Source of the DNA: an uncultured Gammaproteobacteria bacterium
GTDB taxonomy: Bacteria; Pseudomonadota; Gammaproteobacteria; Poriferisulfidales; GCA-002705445
Length of the DNA: 61,599 bases
Direction of reading: 5' to 3'
NCBI GenBank assembly: GCA_913050095.1
Contig: CAJXAV010000004.1
Span: 1 to 61,599 of the forward strand
Position numbers and translations under genes: made by a program. Below are positions 1 to 9,982 of the stretch, one piece after another (the stretch's first letter is position 1; each line of letters begins with the position of its first letter). The notes below the pieces were generated by a model. It was not told where the DNA came from, did not search any database, and saw nothing but the letters and a program-made list of their open reading frames with translations.

Positions 1-78
1 GAAATAAGGCGTAAATAATGCCATAGCATCATGTGAGGCTCAACCTTTAATTATTCTAATCTTAGATTTTACTTTGGG

Positions 79-942
79 TCAGATTATACCCTGAAGTTGT
101 GCAGCTTTCATGGTATTTTCTAGTAAACAGGCAACAGTCATTGGTCCTGTGCCGCCAGGCATTGGAGTAACAGCTTTTGCTATACCGTCAACTGCTGCAA
201 AGTCAACATCTCCATGTATTCCTTTCCCATCACTACTAATACCAACGTCAAGTAAAATTGCATCTTTTTTTACGTTTGAGGCGTTAATTATATTTGGTAC
301 ACCGATCGCTGGTACTACAATTTCTGATTCAGAAATTAGTTGATCTAAATTCTTAGTCCTTGAATGAGCAAGAGTTACAGTGCAATCAACTCCTTTAGAT
401 CCAAACATTAATACCTGAGGCATTCCTACTAATCTTGATCTCCCAATTACTAAAGCTTTTTTTCCAGATGTTTCAAGTTCATAATATTCAATTAACTTCA
501 TAACTCCTAGCGGAGTACATGGCCTTAATACATCATTTCCAACTATAAGTTTTCCAAGATTTTGTTCTTTTAGTCCGTCAACATCCTTATTAGTAGGAAT
601 CATTTCAATAACTCTGTCTTCATTTAAACCTTTTGGTAATGGCATTTGGATAAGAATCCCATTAACACTTGGATCATTTCCTAGTTCTGAAATTTTATTT
701 TCTAATTCGTCTTGTGAAATATCACCCGGTAAGTTTACATGCATTGATTTTATTGACGATGCGGTAGCTTGCTTGTGTTTGTTATTCACATAAAGTTGGC
801 TTGGCTTATCATCACCAACAAGCACCGTAGCAAGAGTTATTTCAACACCTGAATCGTCAATTTTTTTCTTAATGGAATCCTGCATTTTTTGGGCCACATA
901 TTTTCCATCCAATATTAAAGTCCCTTTTTCTGTATATTTCAT
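79..942 (-). CDS. folD: Bifunctional methylenetetrahydrofolate dehydrogenase / methenyl-THF cyclohydrolase FolD
   Basis: 287-aa ORF with ATG start, full-length FolD-like. Motifs: QLYVNNKHK, ILIQMPLP, RPCTPLGV, GRSRLVG, TPMPGGTGPMTVA. Last gene of a tightly packed 3-gene minus-strand operon. Confidence 0.9.
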   Translation of the reverse strand: MKYTEKGTLILDGKYVAQKMQDSIKKKIDDSGVEITLATVLVGDDKPSQLYVNNKHKQATASSIKSMHVNLPGDISQDELENKISELGNDPSVNGILIQMPLPKGLNEDRVIEMIPTNKDVDGLKEQNLGKLIVGNDVLRPCTPLGVMKLIEYYELETSGKKALVIGRSRLVGMPQVLMFGSKGVDCTVTLAHSRTKNLDQLISESEIVVPAIGVPNIINASNVKKDAILLDVGISSDGKGIHGDVDFAAVDGIAKAVTPMPGGTGPMTVACLLENTMKAAQLQGII

Positions 943-966
943 AATATTAATTTTTTTTAGTTTTTT

Positions 967-1890
967 TTAAGACTGAGGCTGTTTATCAGGATGAAGATAT
1001 ATAAAACTTTTACCCAGTTTGCCGTTATAGTTGCCTGCCGATATCATTAACAAATCCTCAGTGTCTTTAGAAGCCTGAATAGCTGCTTGTGTAGCGGTGA
1101 TTATAGAATTCATATCTTTGCCATTCATAATTATTTCCATTACGGAGTTTACTCCGTCAGGTAGCCCGGCCTCAATATCAGGATTATCTTGAAGCAGAGG
1201 ACAAAATTTTTCATACGTACTAGCGATAGTGAAGTCATAGTCGCTTCCAGCTTTTGAACCACTCCCAGCAATACCTCCAGGAAATGTAGTGATTACATTA
1301 GGGATTGGCAGTATAGCCTCAACCCCTTTTTCAGCTGCACTCAATGCGGATTCTGTATTTTTTCCAAAGTACCATAAATTTCCTCCCATTAATCCATCTG
1401 TATAACCGAAACGTCTATCGATAATAAATTCTCCGCCTAAAATAGGAATCCACCACATTTTTCTACCAAATCTTTCGATTCTTTTTTGGTATTTGTTTCC
1501 GAAAAATGCAACTTTTTTACCAAGTTTAAAATATGCGTCACTATCTTCAATTAAGTTAAAACATGATGCAGTAGGGCATGTAAGAATATTTTGGCTAATT
1601 CTTACTAAAGCTGCTTTTTCTAATTTTTTTGGATCTTTCCAGAATTTTGGAATATGTAACTGAATAATTGCTCCAGGTCTTCCATCAGGTGTTTGAATAC
1701 TTTCATCTCCACCAGGTCCAACATACCTATCTAATCCAGCTTCACAGTCACATAAAATACTACTTGATGCATTCCCAGTAGCGGCATTTATCGCATGATC
1801 TAACCATTTTTTATTAATTGCTGTAATCAGAACTTCAGAATACATGCTTTTAAATGCTTCAGCATAAGTATCATCTATAATAGCAGTCAT
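967..1890 (-). CDS. Ftr-family formyltransferase (formylmethanofuran:tetrahydromethanopterin N-formyltransferase / FhcD-like)
   Basis: 307-aa ORF that aligns by eye along its whole length with archaeal Ftr and methylotroph FhcD. Matching segments: DTYAEAF, LITA, TPDGRPG, LTCPTAS, GGEF, MGGN, FPGGIAGSGSKAGSDYDF..AST, ISAGNYNGKLGK. Its ATG lies 3 nt after the upstream gene stop. Confidence 0.8.
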   Translation of the reverse strand: MTAIIDDTYAEAFKSMYSEVLITAINKKWLDHAINAATGNASSSILCDCEAGLDRYVGPGGDESIQTPDGRPGAIIQLHIPKFWKDPKKLEKAALVRISQNILTCPTASCFNLIEDSDAYFKLGKKVAFFGNKYQKRIERFGRKMWWIPILGGEFIIDRRFGYTDGLMGGNLWYFGKNTESALSAAEKGVEAILPIPNVITTFPGGIAGSGSKAGSDYDFTIASTYEKFCPLLQDNPDIEAGLPDGVNSVMEIIMNGKDMNSIITATQAAIQASKDTEDLLMISAGNYNGKLGKSFIYLHPDKQPQS

Positions 1891-1893
1891 AAT

Positions 1894-2526
1894 TTATCCT
1901 CTTCCTTTTCCTTCGTAAACAGCAGCTTCTGTGACCACTTTATCCATGTAAACATCATGTGGTGCAACAAGAATTTCATCGAAAAGTTGAGATTCATAAC
2001 AAAGGGCTATAAGTGAACAATCTTCTCTGACTTGCTCCATTGTTCTGTCATAATAGCCTTGTCCATTACCCATTCTTCCTCCAGATCTATCAAAGCCTGT
2101 TCCTGGTACCATTATCATATCAAGCTCTTGAGGTGTTACCTCTTTTTCTGGATTACCCCATAATTCTTTTGGTGGTTCTAGTATATCCCATTTACCTACT
2201 ACCATTTCTTCTAAACTAGACATATGCCAAAGCCCAAGTTTATTTTCTCCATTTTCATCTTCCGTGCAGTAAGGCACGATGATTTTTTTTTCTCCCTTTT
2301 CAACTTCTTTAATTAAATGGGGTTTTGTTCTTGTTTCTGACCTACAATCTATATACCACATTATTACTTGAGCGCTTTTATATTCAGGAAGATCCATAAA
2401 CCTTTCACATGCTTGAGCACTAACTTCGTCTTTGTTTTCTTGCGCAGCTCTTCTGTCATATGCTTCTCTTCGCATACCAGATTTTTTTTCCATAATTTTT
2501 TCTAATTCTTCTTTAGATATAGACAT
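1894..2526 (-). CDS. 5-formyltetrahydrofolate cyclo-ligase (MTHFS) family protein
   Basis: 210-aa ORF with N-terminal K..MRREAYDRR and C-terminal GTGFDRSGGRMGNGQGYYDR (the G.G.G-Y/F-YDR signature of the MTHFS/YgfA family). First gene of the operon. Confidence 0.7.
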   Translation of the reverse strand: MSISKEELEKIMEKKSGMRREAYDRRAAQENKDEVSAQACERFMDLPEYKSAQVIMWYIDCRSETRTKPHLIKEVEKGEKKIIVPYCTEDENGENKLGLWHMSSLEEMVVGKWDILEPPKELWGNPEKEVTPQELDMIMVPGTGFDRSGGRMGNGQGYYDRTMEQVREDCSLIALCYESQLFDEILVAPHDVYMDKVVTEAAVYEGKGRG

Positions 2527-2771
2527 TACATTCTCCTAACTTTTATAATTCGATTCTTAAGGTATTTATTATTCTATAGTTTGAAGCAAACAGCTATATA
2601 TTTTTTTTATTTTTTAAAAAAAGCCAAAAATTTATAAAACTGATACATAATTGATGGGTAAAGCACCTACTTTGCAATATATCTTTTATAAGCACTAAAT
2701 GTAAACATTCTATCAATTACATAATATAATAGTGATAATTAAAATTAAGCTTAATTATTGGGGAGATAAAT

Positions 2772-4196
2772 ATGAGCTATTTGCCACTATATATAGATAC
2801 ATCTGGCAAAAAATGTTTGATTATAGGAGGAGGCAAAGTTGCAAGTAGGAAACTTGTGCCAATTCTAAAATCGAAAATGCATGTCACAATGATATCTCCA
2901 GAAATCCATAATGAAATATTAGAATTTGTAAAAGATAAAGATAATTTTGAATATCATAGCAGGGAATTTTTAGATAAAGATATAACCGACCAGTTTTTAA
3001 TTGTGGCAGCTACAAATAATAAAGAAGTAAACGCTTTAGCAGTAAAGATAGCTAACAAAAAAAACATATTGATAAATATGGCCGAAAATTCTGAGTCAGG
3101 AAATACTTTGATACCTTCTGTTGTAGATAGAGATCCTATTAAAATTGCTATCTCGTCTGGAGCTGCTTCGCCAATTCTTACAAGACTTGTTAAAACGAAG
3201 TTAGAAACAGTTATTCCTTATTCATTTAGTAAACTTGCATTAATAATGATTGAATACAGATCTAAAGTAAAAAAAACGTATGAGAAGATCTTAGATAGAA
3301 GAAATTTTTGGGAAGCATTTTTAGAAGGACCAATATCCGAAATGATACTTTCTGGACATATTGATAAAGCAAAAAAAGCTTTAGATGACTCATTAAAACA
3401 AAAAAAATTACCTAATCAAGTTGGAGAGGTTTATCTTGTTGGATCGGGGCCTGGTGATCCAGAACTGTTAAGCTTTAAAGCTCTAAGATTAATGCAAAAA
3501 GCAGATGTTGTGATTTACGATAGACTTGTTTCTCAACCAATAATGAATTTAATAAGGAAAGACTCGGAAAAAATTTATGTGGGCAAGCAAAGAGCTGATC
3601 ACGCCATGCCACAAGAGAATATTAACCAGCTTCTTGCAAGACTTGCTTTAGAAGGAAAAAAAGTTTTACGCCTCAAAGGCGGCGACCCTTTTATATTTGG
3701 CCGCGGTGGTGAAGAAATTGAAAGTTTAATAAATGATGATATACCTTTTCAAATTGTACCAGGTATTACTGCAGCTTCAGGTTGTGCAAGTTATGCTGGA
3801 ATACCTTTAACGCATAGAGATTATTCGCAAGCATGTATTTTTGTAACAGGCCATTTAAGAGATGGTACAGTAAACTTAAATTGGAAAATGTTGGCTCATG
3901 AAAAACAAACCTTGGTATTTTATATGGGAATGCATGGATCAAAAATTATATGTGAAGAGTTAATTAATCATGGTTTGAAAAGTTCAACTCCAGCAGCTTT
4001 AGTCATAAAAGGTACTACAGCAGATCAGGAGGTAATAATTGGTAATTTAGAAAACCTACCTGGAATTATTAAAAAAAATAAAGTTATACCGCCTACATTA
4101 TTAATAATTGGAGATGTTGTTAATCTTCATAATAAACTTAAGTGGTTTGATCCACTCTTATCCCAAGGAAAAAATAATACTCACATGCAATCATAA
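2772..4196 (+). CDS. cysG: Siroheme synthase (precorrin-2 dehydrogenase/sirohydrochlorin ferrochelatase + uroporphyrinogen-III C-methyltransferase)
   Basis: 474 aa. N-terminal Rossmann segment [12 protein letters not shown]-terminal SUMT domain with [34 protein letters not shown] and [21 protein letters not shown] Shine-Dalgarno upstream of the ATG. Confidence 0.9.
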   Translation: MSYLPLYIDTSGKKCLIIGGGKVASRKLVPILKSKMHVTMISPEIHNEILEFVKDKDNFEYHSREFLDKDITDQFLIVAATNNKEVNALAVKIANKKNILINMAENSESGNTLIPSVVDRDPIKIAISSGAASPILTRLVKTKLETVIPYSFSKLALIMIEYRSKVKKTYEKILDRRNFWEAFLEGPISEMILSGHIDKAKKALDDSLKQKKLPNQVGEVYLVGSGPGDPELLSFKALRLMQKADVVIYDRLVSQPIMNLIRKDSEKIYVGKQRADHAMPQENINQLLARLALEGKKVLRLKGGDPFIFGRGGEEIESLINDDIPFQIVPGITAASGCASYAGIPLTHRDYSQACIFVTGHLRDGTVNLNWKMLAHEKQTLVFYMGMHGSKIICEELINHGLKSSTPAALVIKGTTADQEVIIGNLENLPGIIKKNKVIPPTLLIIGDVVNLHNKLKWFDPLLSQGKNNTHMQS

Positions 4197-4507
4197 ATTT
4201 TTTCTAGTTGCTCTTTTATATTTTTATCATAAGTTTTCTTTAAATTCTTCTGACGTATAGCCTTTCTATTAAAATTGAAAGTTATTTTTTTCTTAATTTC
4301 TTCCTTTTTTTCTTTTATTATTTTAATTTCAATACAGTCAGTTGGGCATTTTGCTACACATAATTTACATCCTGGACATTCCTGATAATTTACTCTGTGC
4401 GAGAAATTTTGTGCACCAATAATTGCATCAAATGGGCAACTCTCAATACAAATTGTGCAACCTATACAATTATCTTCATTTATAAATGCAATTGCTCTTT
4501 TACTCAT
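4181..4507 (-). CDS. RnfB-C-terminal-type 2x[4Fe-4S] ferredoxin with Lys-rich tail
   Basis: 108 aa with two CxxCxxCxxxCP clusters ([24 protein letters not shown]). [11 protein letters not shown]...DAIIGA resembles the RnfB/RsxB ferredoxin domain. The start overlaps the metG stop. The 3' end overlaps the convergent cysG by 16 nt. Confidence 0.8.
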   Translation of the reverse strand: MSKRAIAFINEDNCIGCTICIESCPFDAIIGAQNFSHRVNYQECPGCKLCVAKCPTDCIEIKIIKEKKEEIKKKITFNFNRKAIRQKNLKKTYDKNIKEQLEKIYDCM

Positions 4508-6495
4508 TTAACTCGCGATCCATTTTTTATTTTATTATTGGCTTCAATAACAATAATTTCTCCTTCAGAGTCTGCTGCTAAAACCATTCCAGATGAAGTG
4601 CCAAACTTCATTTTTTTAGGTTTTAAATTTACTACAACCAAAACTTTTGAACCTATCAAATTTTTTGCTTCGTAAAATTTTTTAATACCAGCAAAAATTT
4701 CTCTTTCACCAAGATCACCAATATCAACAGACAGTTTCAAAAGTTTGTCTGCCCCATCAATTTCTTCAGCTGTAATGATTTCTCCGATTCTAATTTCTGT
4801 TTTAGAAAAAATATCGTATTCAATTTCGTTTTGCATTTTACTTTCCTCTTTTGAACTTGATTCACTATTATTTATTAGGTTACTTTTAAGTTGTTCAATA
4901 CTTTCATCTTTTATTCTGGTTTTTAAAACTGTAAATTTTTTTATTTTCTTATTTAATAATGGAGAAAAACAATTCTCCCATTTTAAGTTTTTTTCATTAA
5001 AAATTATTTTAGTTTTTTCAAAAAGGTCTGGCATGATAGGAGACAACAAGATAGCTAGCGATCTAAAATAATTTAATCCTTGAGTTGAAATTTGCTGAAT
5101 TTTTTTAATATCTTTTAAAGACCATGGTTTTTCTTGATTTATGTACTGGTTTGCATTATCAGTCATTTGCATTATTTTACTAATCGCATTACTAAATTTT
5201 CTATTAGAATAATATTTTTCTACTTCATTCGCTTGATTTATAAAATCTTTAAATTTTTCATCATTTTCAAGCTTTTCAGATAACGTAAAATTAGAATTTT
5301 TCTCTAAAAAAGACGAGCATCTACTTGCTAAATTTATTAACTTTCCTACTAAATCACTATTAATTTTTTTTGTAAAATCTTCGAAATTTAAATCTATATC
5401 TTCAATGCCGTCGTTAAGTTTACTTGCAAAATAATATCTTAGGTATTCTGGGTCTAAATGTTTTAAATAATCAGATGCTTTTATGAAAGTTCCACGAGAT
5501 TTAGACATTTTTTTTCCATCCACTGTTAAGAATCCATGGCAAAAAATTCCAGTCGGTGTTCTATAACCTGAGCCATTAAGAATTGATGGCCAAAATAACG
5601 CATGAAAGTAAGCTATATCTTTTCCAATAAAATGATATATTTCACCTATATTTTCATTTTCCCATATACCAATTAGTTCCGAATTTTCTTTTGAATATTC
5701 TTCAAAAGCAGCTATATAACCTATTGGAGCATCCATCCAAACATAAAAATATTTTGCTTTTTCGTTCGGTATTAGGAAACCAAAATAAGGAGCATCTCGA
5801 GTAATATCCCAGTCATTTAAATTATCATTTAACCACTCATCAAGTTTATTCTTTATAGCTGGCTGTAGATTATTTTCTTTTGTCCATTTAATCAAATAAT
5901 TTTTAAAATTCTTTAAATTAAAAAAAAAGTGATTTGTATCTTTAGTTTTTGGCTTTGTGCCAGACAAAACTGAAGTTGGATTTATTAATTCAGTAGGCGA
6001 GTATGTTGCTCCACAACTTTCACAAGAATCACCATATTGGTCTTCAGCATTACACTTTGGACATGTTCCTTTTATGTATCTATCTGGTAAAAACATTTTT
6101 TCTTTTTCATCATAGAACTGTGAAATAGTTTTCTGAGATATATGACCAGACTTATTTAATTTGTTAAATATATTTTCACAAAATTCTTTATTTTTTTCAG
6201 AGTTAGTTGAAGAGTATTTATCAAAGTTTATAAAAAACTTCTTGAAATCTTTTTCATGCTCTTTTTTTGTTATAGATATTAATTCTTCCGGAGAAATACC
6301 TTGTTCTTTTGCTTTTAACATTATGGGTGTGCCATGTGCATCATCTGCACAAATATATACAACAGTGTTACCAATTGACTTATTAAATCGCACCCAAATG
6401 TCTGTTTGTATGTATTCTACAAGGTGTCCAAGGTGAATTGGTCCGTTTGCATATGGCAATGCGCTGGTGACCAATATTTTCTTTTTTGCTTTCAT
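4504..6495 (-). CDS. metG: Methionine--tRNA ligase
   Basis: 663 aa. HIGH motif ([12 protein letters not shown]), KMSKS, Zn knuckles (CPKCN...CESCG), and a C-terminal tRNA-binding (Trbp111/EMAP-like) domain. Confidence 0.95.
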   Translation of the reverse strand: MKAKKKILVTSALPYANGPIHLGHLVEYIQTDIWVRFNKSIGNTVVYICADDAHGTPIMLKAKEQGISPEELISITKKEHEKDFKKFFINFDKYSSTNSEKNKEFCENIFNKLNKSGHISQKTISQFYDEKEKMFLPDRYIKGTCPKCNAEDQYGDSCESCGATYSPTELINPTSVLSGTKPKTKDTNHFFFNLKNFKNYLIKWTKENNLQPAIKNKLDEWLNDNLNDWDITRDAPYFGFLIPNEKAKYFYVWMDAPIGYIAAFEEYSKENSELIGIWENENIGEIYHFIGKDIAYFHALFWPSILNGSGYRTPTGIFCHGFLTVDGKKMSKSRGTFIKASDYLKHLDPEYLRYYFASKLNDGIEDIDLNFEDFTKKINSDLVGKLINLASRCSSFLEKNSNFTLSEKLENDEKFKDFINQANEVEKYYSNRKFSNAISKIMQMTDNANQYINQEKPWSLKDIKKIQQISTQGLNYFRSLAILLSPIMPDLFEKTKIIFNEKNLKWENCFSPLLNKKIKKFTVLKTRIKDESIEQLKSNLINNSESSSKEESKMQNEIEYDIFSKTEIRIGEIITAEEIDGADKLLKLSVDIGDLGEREIFAGIKKFYEAKNLIGSKVLVVVNLKPKKMKFGTSSGMVLAADSEGEIIVIEANNKIKNGSRVK

Positions 6496-6572
6496 TATTT
6501 CTCCAATATATATAACTAGTATATAATATTGTTAATGTTAAGTAATGAAAGTATTAAACAAAGGAGAAAAAA

Positions 6573-7658
6573 ATGTCGTTGACTGAAGAGATGGTAGTTG
6601 AGTCACTTAAAAAACTGATTGACCTTAATACAGATAAAAATCTTATTGAAACAAAGTCAGTAAAATCTATCGAAATAGTAGATAGAAAGGTGAATTTAGA
6701 AATTTGCTTGGGATATCCCGCTAAAAACTATGCCGAAACTCTTAACCACATGATTTTAGATAGGTTGACATCTGATAAAATAGAGTGTGGAAAAGTCGAA
6801 ATTACATGGAAAATAGAAAGTCATTCTGTGCAAAAGAGTTTACAGCCAATGCAAAATATAAAAAATGTAATTGCAGTGGCTTCAGGCAAAGGGGGTGTTG
6901 GTAAGTCAACAACAGCAGTGAATCTAGCCTTAGCCCTTGCAGCAGAGGGTTCAAACGTAGGAATATTAGATGCAGATATATATGGTCCTAGCCAACCAAG
7001 AATGCTTGGTTTATCAGGTCAACCAGATTCTGATGATGGTAAGTCACTTGAGCCAATGGAAAATTATGGGCTACAAGCCATGTCAATCGGTTTTTTAATA
7101 GACGAGGAAACTCCAATGATATGGAGAGGACCTATGGTGACTCAAGCCTTAGAACAACTTCTTTCAGATACAAAGTGGCGAGACCTAGATTATCTTATAA
7201 TTGACCTCCCGCCGGGAACTGGTGATGTCCAATTGACTCTTGCACAAAAAATTCCTGTAAGCGGAGCGGTAATTGTTACTACGCCGCAAGACATCGCATT
7301 ACTTGATGCAAGAAAGGGTTTAAAAATGTTCGAAAAAGTTGAAGTACCAGTGCTCGGTATTGTTGAGAATATGAGTTTACATATTTGTAGTAAATGTGGG
7401 AATGAAGAGTCAATTTTTGGTGAAGGTGGCGGGACTTCTTTAGCTAACGAAAGTAATGTTGATTTATTAGGTAAACTACCCCTAGATATATCTATAAGAG
7501 AACAAACAGATTCAGGAAAACCAAGTGTTGTTTTTGAGCCTAGTGGAAGGGTTGCAGAAATATACGGTGAAATTGCAAGAAAAGCTGCAGGCAAATTAGC
7601 TGCACAAGCGAAGGACTATAGCGCTAAATTCCCTAAAATAGTAATTGAGAATAACTAA
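6573..7658 (+). CDS. apbC: Fe-S cluster carrier ATPase ApbC/Mrp
   Basis: 361 aa. N-terminal DUF59-like segment, deviant Walker A ([11 protein letters not shown]), and CSKCG cluster-ligand motif. Good AGGAG RBS. Confidence 0.9.
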   Translation: MSLTEEMVVESLKKLIDLNTDKNLIETKSVKSIEIVDRKVNLEICLGYPAKNYAETLNHMILDRLTSDKIECGKVEITWKIESHSVQKSLQPMQNIKNVIAVASGKGGVGKSTTAVNLALALAAEGSNVGILDADIYGPSQPRMLGLSGQPDSDDGKSLEPMENYGLQAMSIGFLIDEETPMIWRGPMVTQALEQLLSDTKWRDLDYLIIDLPPGTGDVQLTLAQKIPVSGAVIVTTPQDIALLDARKGLKMFEKVEVPVLGIVENMSLHICSKCGNEESIFGEGGGTSLANESNVDLLGKLPLDISIREQTDSGKPSVVFEPSGRVAEIYGEIARKAAGKLAAQAKDYSAKFPKIVIENN

Positions 7659-7663
7659 TAAAT

Positions 7664-8227
7664 ATGTCAATAAAATCAGATCTCTGGATAAAAAAAATGG
7701 CAAAAGAAGAGGATATGATTTCCCCCTTTGAGCCAGATCAAGTAAAGTCATTATCTGGTGATAAAGTGATATCTTATGGTACCTCAAGCTACGGATACGA
7801 CGTGAGATGTTCAAGTATGTTTAAAGTTTTTACAAATATAAATTCTGCAATCGTTGATCCTAAAAAATTTGATAAAAATAGTTTTGTTGATTTTGAGGGC
7901 GACACATGCATTATTCCGCCGAATTCTTTTGCTTTAGCATCAACTGTTGAATATTTTAAAATACCAAGATCTGTTTTGACTATATGCTTAGGTAAATCCA
8001 CTTACGCTAGGTGTGGTATAATTGTAAACGTAACACCTCTAGAGCCTGAATGGGAGGGCCATGTGACATTGGAATTTTCAAATACAACCCCTTTGCCTGC
8101 AAAAATTTATGCCAATGAAGGCGTTGCTCAAATGCTTTTTTTTGAATCAGATACAATATGTGAAACATCTTATAAAGATAGAGGAGGTAAGTATCAAAAA
8201 CAAACAGGAGTAACATTGCCAAAATAG
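7664..8227 (+). CDS. dcd: dCTP deaminase
   Basis: 187 aa, full-length Dcd-like ([32 protein letters not shown]). Conserved dcd-mrp-metG neighbourhood. Confidence 0.9.
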   Translation: MSIKSDLWIKKMAKEEDMISPFEPDQVKSLSGDKVISYGTSSYGYDVRCSSMFKVFTNINSAIVDPKKFDKNSFVDFEGDTCIIPPNSFALASTVEYFKIPRSVLTICLGKSTYARCGIIVNVTPLEPEWEGHVTLEFSNTTPLPAKIYANEGVAQMLFFESDTICETSYKDRGGKYQKQTGVTLPK

Positions 8228-8229
8228 TT

Positions 8230-8556
8230 ATGACCTCTGAAATTCTTTATAAGCAAATCAAAAGAGTAATTATTTTTTTAATAGGTTCTTCTGTTGTTTT
8301 AGTAGGGTGTATTTTATTTTTCACTCCTGGACCTGCAATAGTTGTAATACCAATTGGTCTAGCTATATTAGCTACAGAATTTATTTGGGCAAAAAAATTA
8401 TTAGACAAGTTTAAAGAAAAAACACTGACTTTTTCTAAGTCTGCAAAAGACGTAATAAATATTAATAAATTAAAAAAAGAAATAAAATTAAAGGCAATTG
8501 GATTTGTAGCTTTTTTTGTTGTTTTAATCTCGTTGTATCTTTATTTTAAAAATTAA
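8230..8556 (+). CDS. Small membrane protein, PGPGW-type
   Basis: 108 aa with three hydrophobic helices and FTPGPAIVVIPIGLAILATEF, typical of the PGPGW transmembrane family. Function unknown. Confidence 0.5.
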   Translation: MTSEILYKQIKRVIIFLIGSSVVLVGCILFFTPGPAIVVIPIGLAILATEFIWAKKLLDKFKEKTLTFSKSAKDVININKLKKEIKLKAIGFVAFFVVLISLYLYFKN

Positions 8557-8568
8557 TTTTAAGTATTT

Positions 8569-9915
8569 TTATAAAAGAAAAATTGTTCCTAGAGCAAGAA
8601 ATGAAAAAAATCCAATAACATCTGTAATTGTTGTCAATATAACACCGCCGCCAAGAGCTGGATCTACACCAATTTTCTTTAAGATAATAGGTATTAAGAC
8701 TCCAGATAAAGCAGCAAATCCAAGATTAGCAACCATTGCTATCCCAATTACGACTCCAATAAGGTAATTATTGAACCAGTATGATGATAAAACGCCAATA
8801 ACAGATGCCCATAAAAAACTGTTTAACAATCCAACTAATATTTCTTTTATAAGCAAGGATTTTGAATTTGTTGAACTAATGTTGCCTAGAGCAATACCTC
8901 TAATTACAAGTGTTAATGTTTGAGATCCAGCTATACCTCCCATACTTGCAACTATTGGCATTAATACAGCCAATGCTACAACTTTTTCAATTGTATCTTG
9001 AAATAAGCTAATTACACCAGATGCTATTAGCGCCGTAATTAAATTTATTCCAAGCCAAATTGCTCTCCTTCTTGCAGATGGTAAGACAGGTGCAAATATA
9101 TCTTCCTCGTCCGTTAAACCTGCCATATTTAAAACAGTACTTTCGCTTTCCTCACGAATGACATCGACTACATCGTCAATAGTAATTCTCCCAAGTAAAA
9201 TATTGTTTTGATCTATAACTGGCGCAGATACTAAATCTCTATCCTCAAATATATTTGCCACATCAGTAGCTAAAGTATTTGAATTAATAGATATGTAACT
9301 TTTATTCATTGACTCAGATACTGTTTTTTCAGGATCAGCGCAAAGCAAATTTGTAACAGAAAGAGTTCCTAAATAATGGTTATATCTATCAACTACTATA
9401 ATATTATCTGTATTTTGCGGAATCTCTTTTTTCAATCTTAAATATTTAAGAACAACATCAAGAGTAACATCCGGCCTAATTGTAATTGTGTCAGTGTTCA
9501 TTAAACCGCCTGCAGTATCTTCATCATAATTCATTACTGTTTCAAGCCTAGTTCTATATTGATAATCCATGCCATGTAAGGCTTGTTTAACAACAGTTTC
9601 AGGTAGTTCTTCGAGAAGGTCCGCTAAATCATCAACATCAAGACCTTTCGTTGCTGCTAATAAAGATTTTTCATCCATAGATTCCATTAGGCTATTTCTT
9701 ACTTCTTCACCAACTTCGAGTAATACCTCACCATCGTTTGAATGATCTAACATCTCCCATATTAATCTTCTTTGCCTAGTCGGCGAACTTTCAAGAAGCC
9801 TCGCAATTTCTGCTGGATGTAATCCATTAAGTATTAATTTGGCTTTTAGCATGGCTCCTGAATTAAGAGATTCAGAAATTGCATCAAGCTTTAATATTTG
9901 ACTTTCCTTTTGCAT
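8569..9915 (-). CDS. mgtE: Magnesium transporter MgtE
   Basis: 448 aa with an MgtE N-domain, tandem CBS region, and a C-terminal 5-TM domain (MPIVASMGGIAGSQT, GGVILTTITDVIGF). Confidence 0.9.
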   Translation of the reverse strand: MQKESQILKLDAISESLNSGAMLKAKLILNGLHPAEIARLLESSPTRQRRLIWEMLDHSNDGEVLLEVGEEVRNSLMESMDEKSLLAATKGLDVDDLADLLEELPETVVKQALHGMDYQYRTRLETVMNYDEDTAGGLMNTDTITIRPDVTLDVVLKYLRLKKEIPQNTDNIIVVDRYNHYLGTLSVTNLLCADPEKTVSESMNKSYISINSNTLATDVANIFEDRDLVSAPVIDQNNILLGRITIDDVVDVIREESESTVLNMAGLTDEEDIFAPVLPSARRRAIWLGINLITALIASGVISLFQDTIEKVVALAVLMPIVASMGGIAGSQTLTLVIRGIALGNISSTNSKSLLIKEILVGLLNSFLWASVIGVLSSYWFNNYLIGVVIGIAMVANLGFAALSGVLIPIILKKIGVDPALGGGVILTTITDVIGFFSFLALGTIFLL

Positions 9916-9982
9916 AGGTTATCTCAGTTACATTTTCTAATATTTACATAAACTTCAAGTTTAGCAATTTTCTCGCAAAACT

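Noticed and set aside
1-78. Possible 3' end of an upstream gene at the left window edge (the + frame ends ...EIRRK*).
   Set aside because: It is too short to recognise any family or even the coding strand.
2527-2771. Possible 6S RNA (ssrS) or a ZTP/THF riboswitch in the 245-bp region upstream of the MTHFS-like/Ftr/FolD operon. In E. coli ssrS lies directly upstream of the 5-formyl-THF cyclo-ligase gene, and ZTP/THF riboswitches often control folate genes.
   Set aside because: Reading the minus strand, I could not find a long closing stem with a central bubble. I also found no GGGUCGUGAC/CCGCCUGGGC-type ZTP elements and no THF-riboswitch-like conserved cores. The region is almost pure A/T. 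An Rfam cmsearch (6S, ZTP, THF models) would be decisive, but the sequence alone does not support a call.
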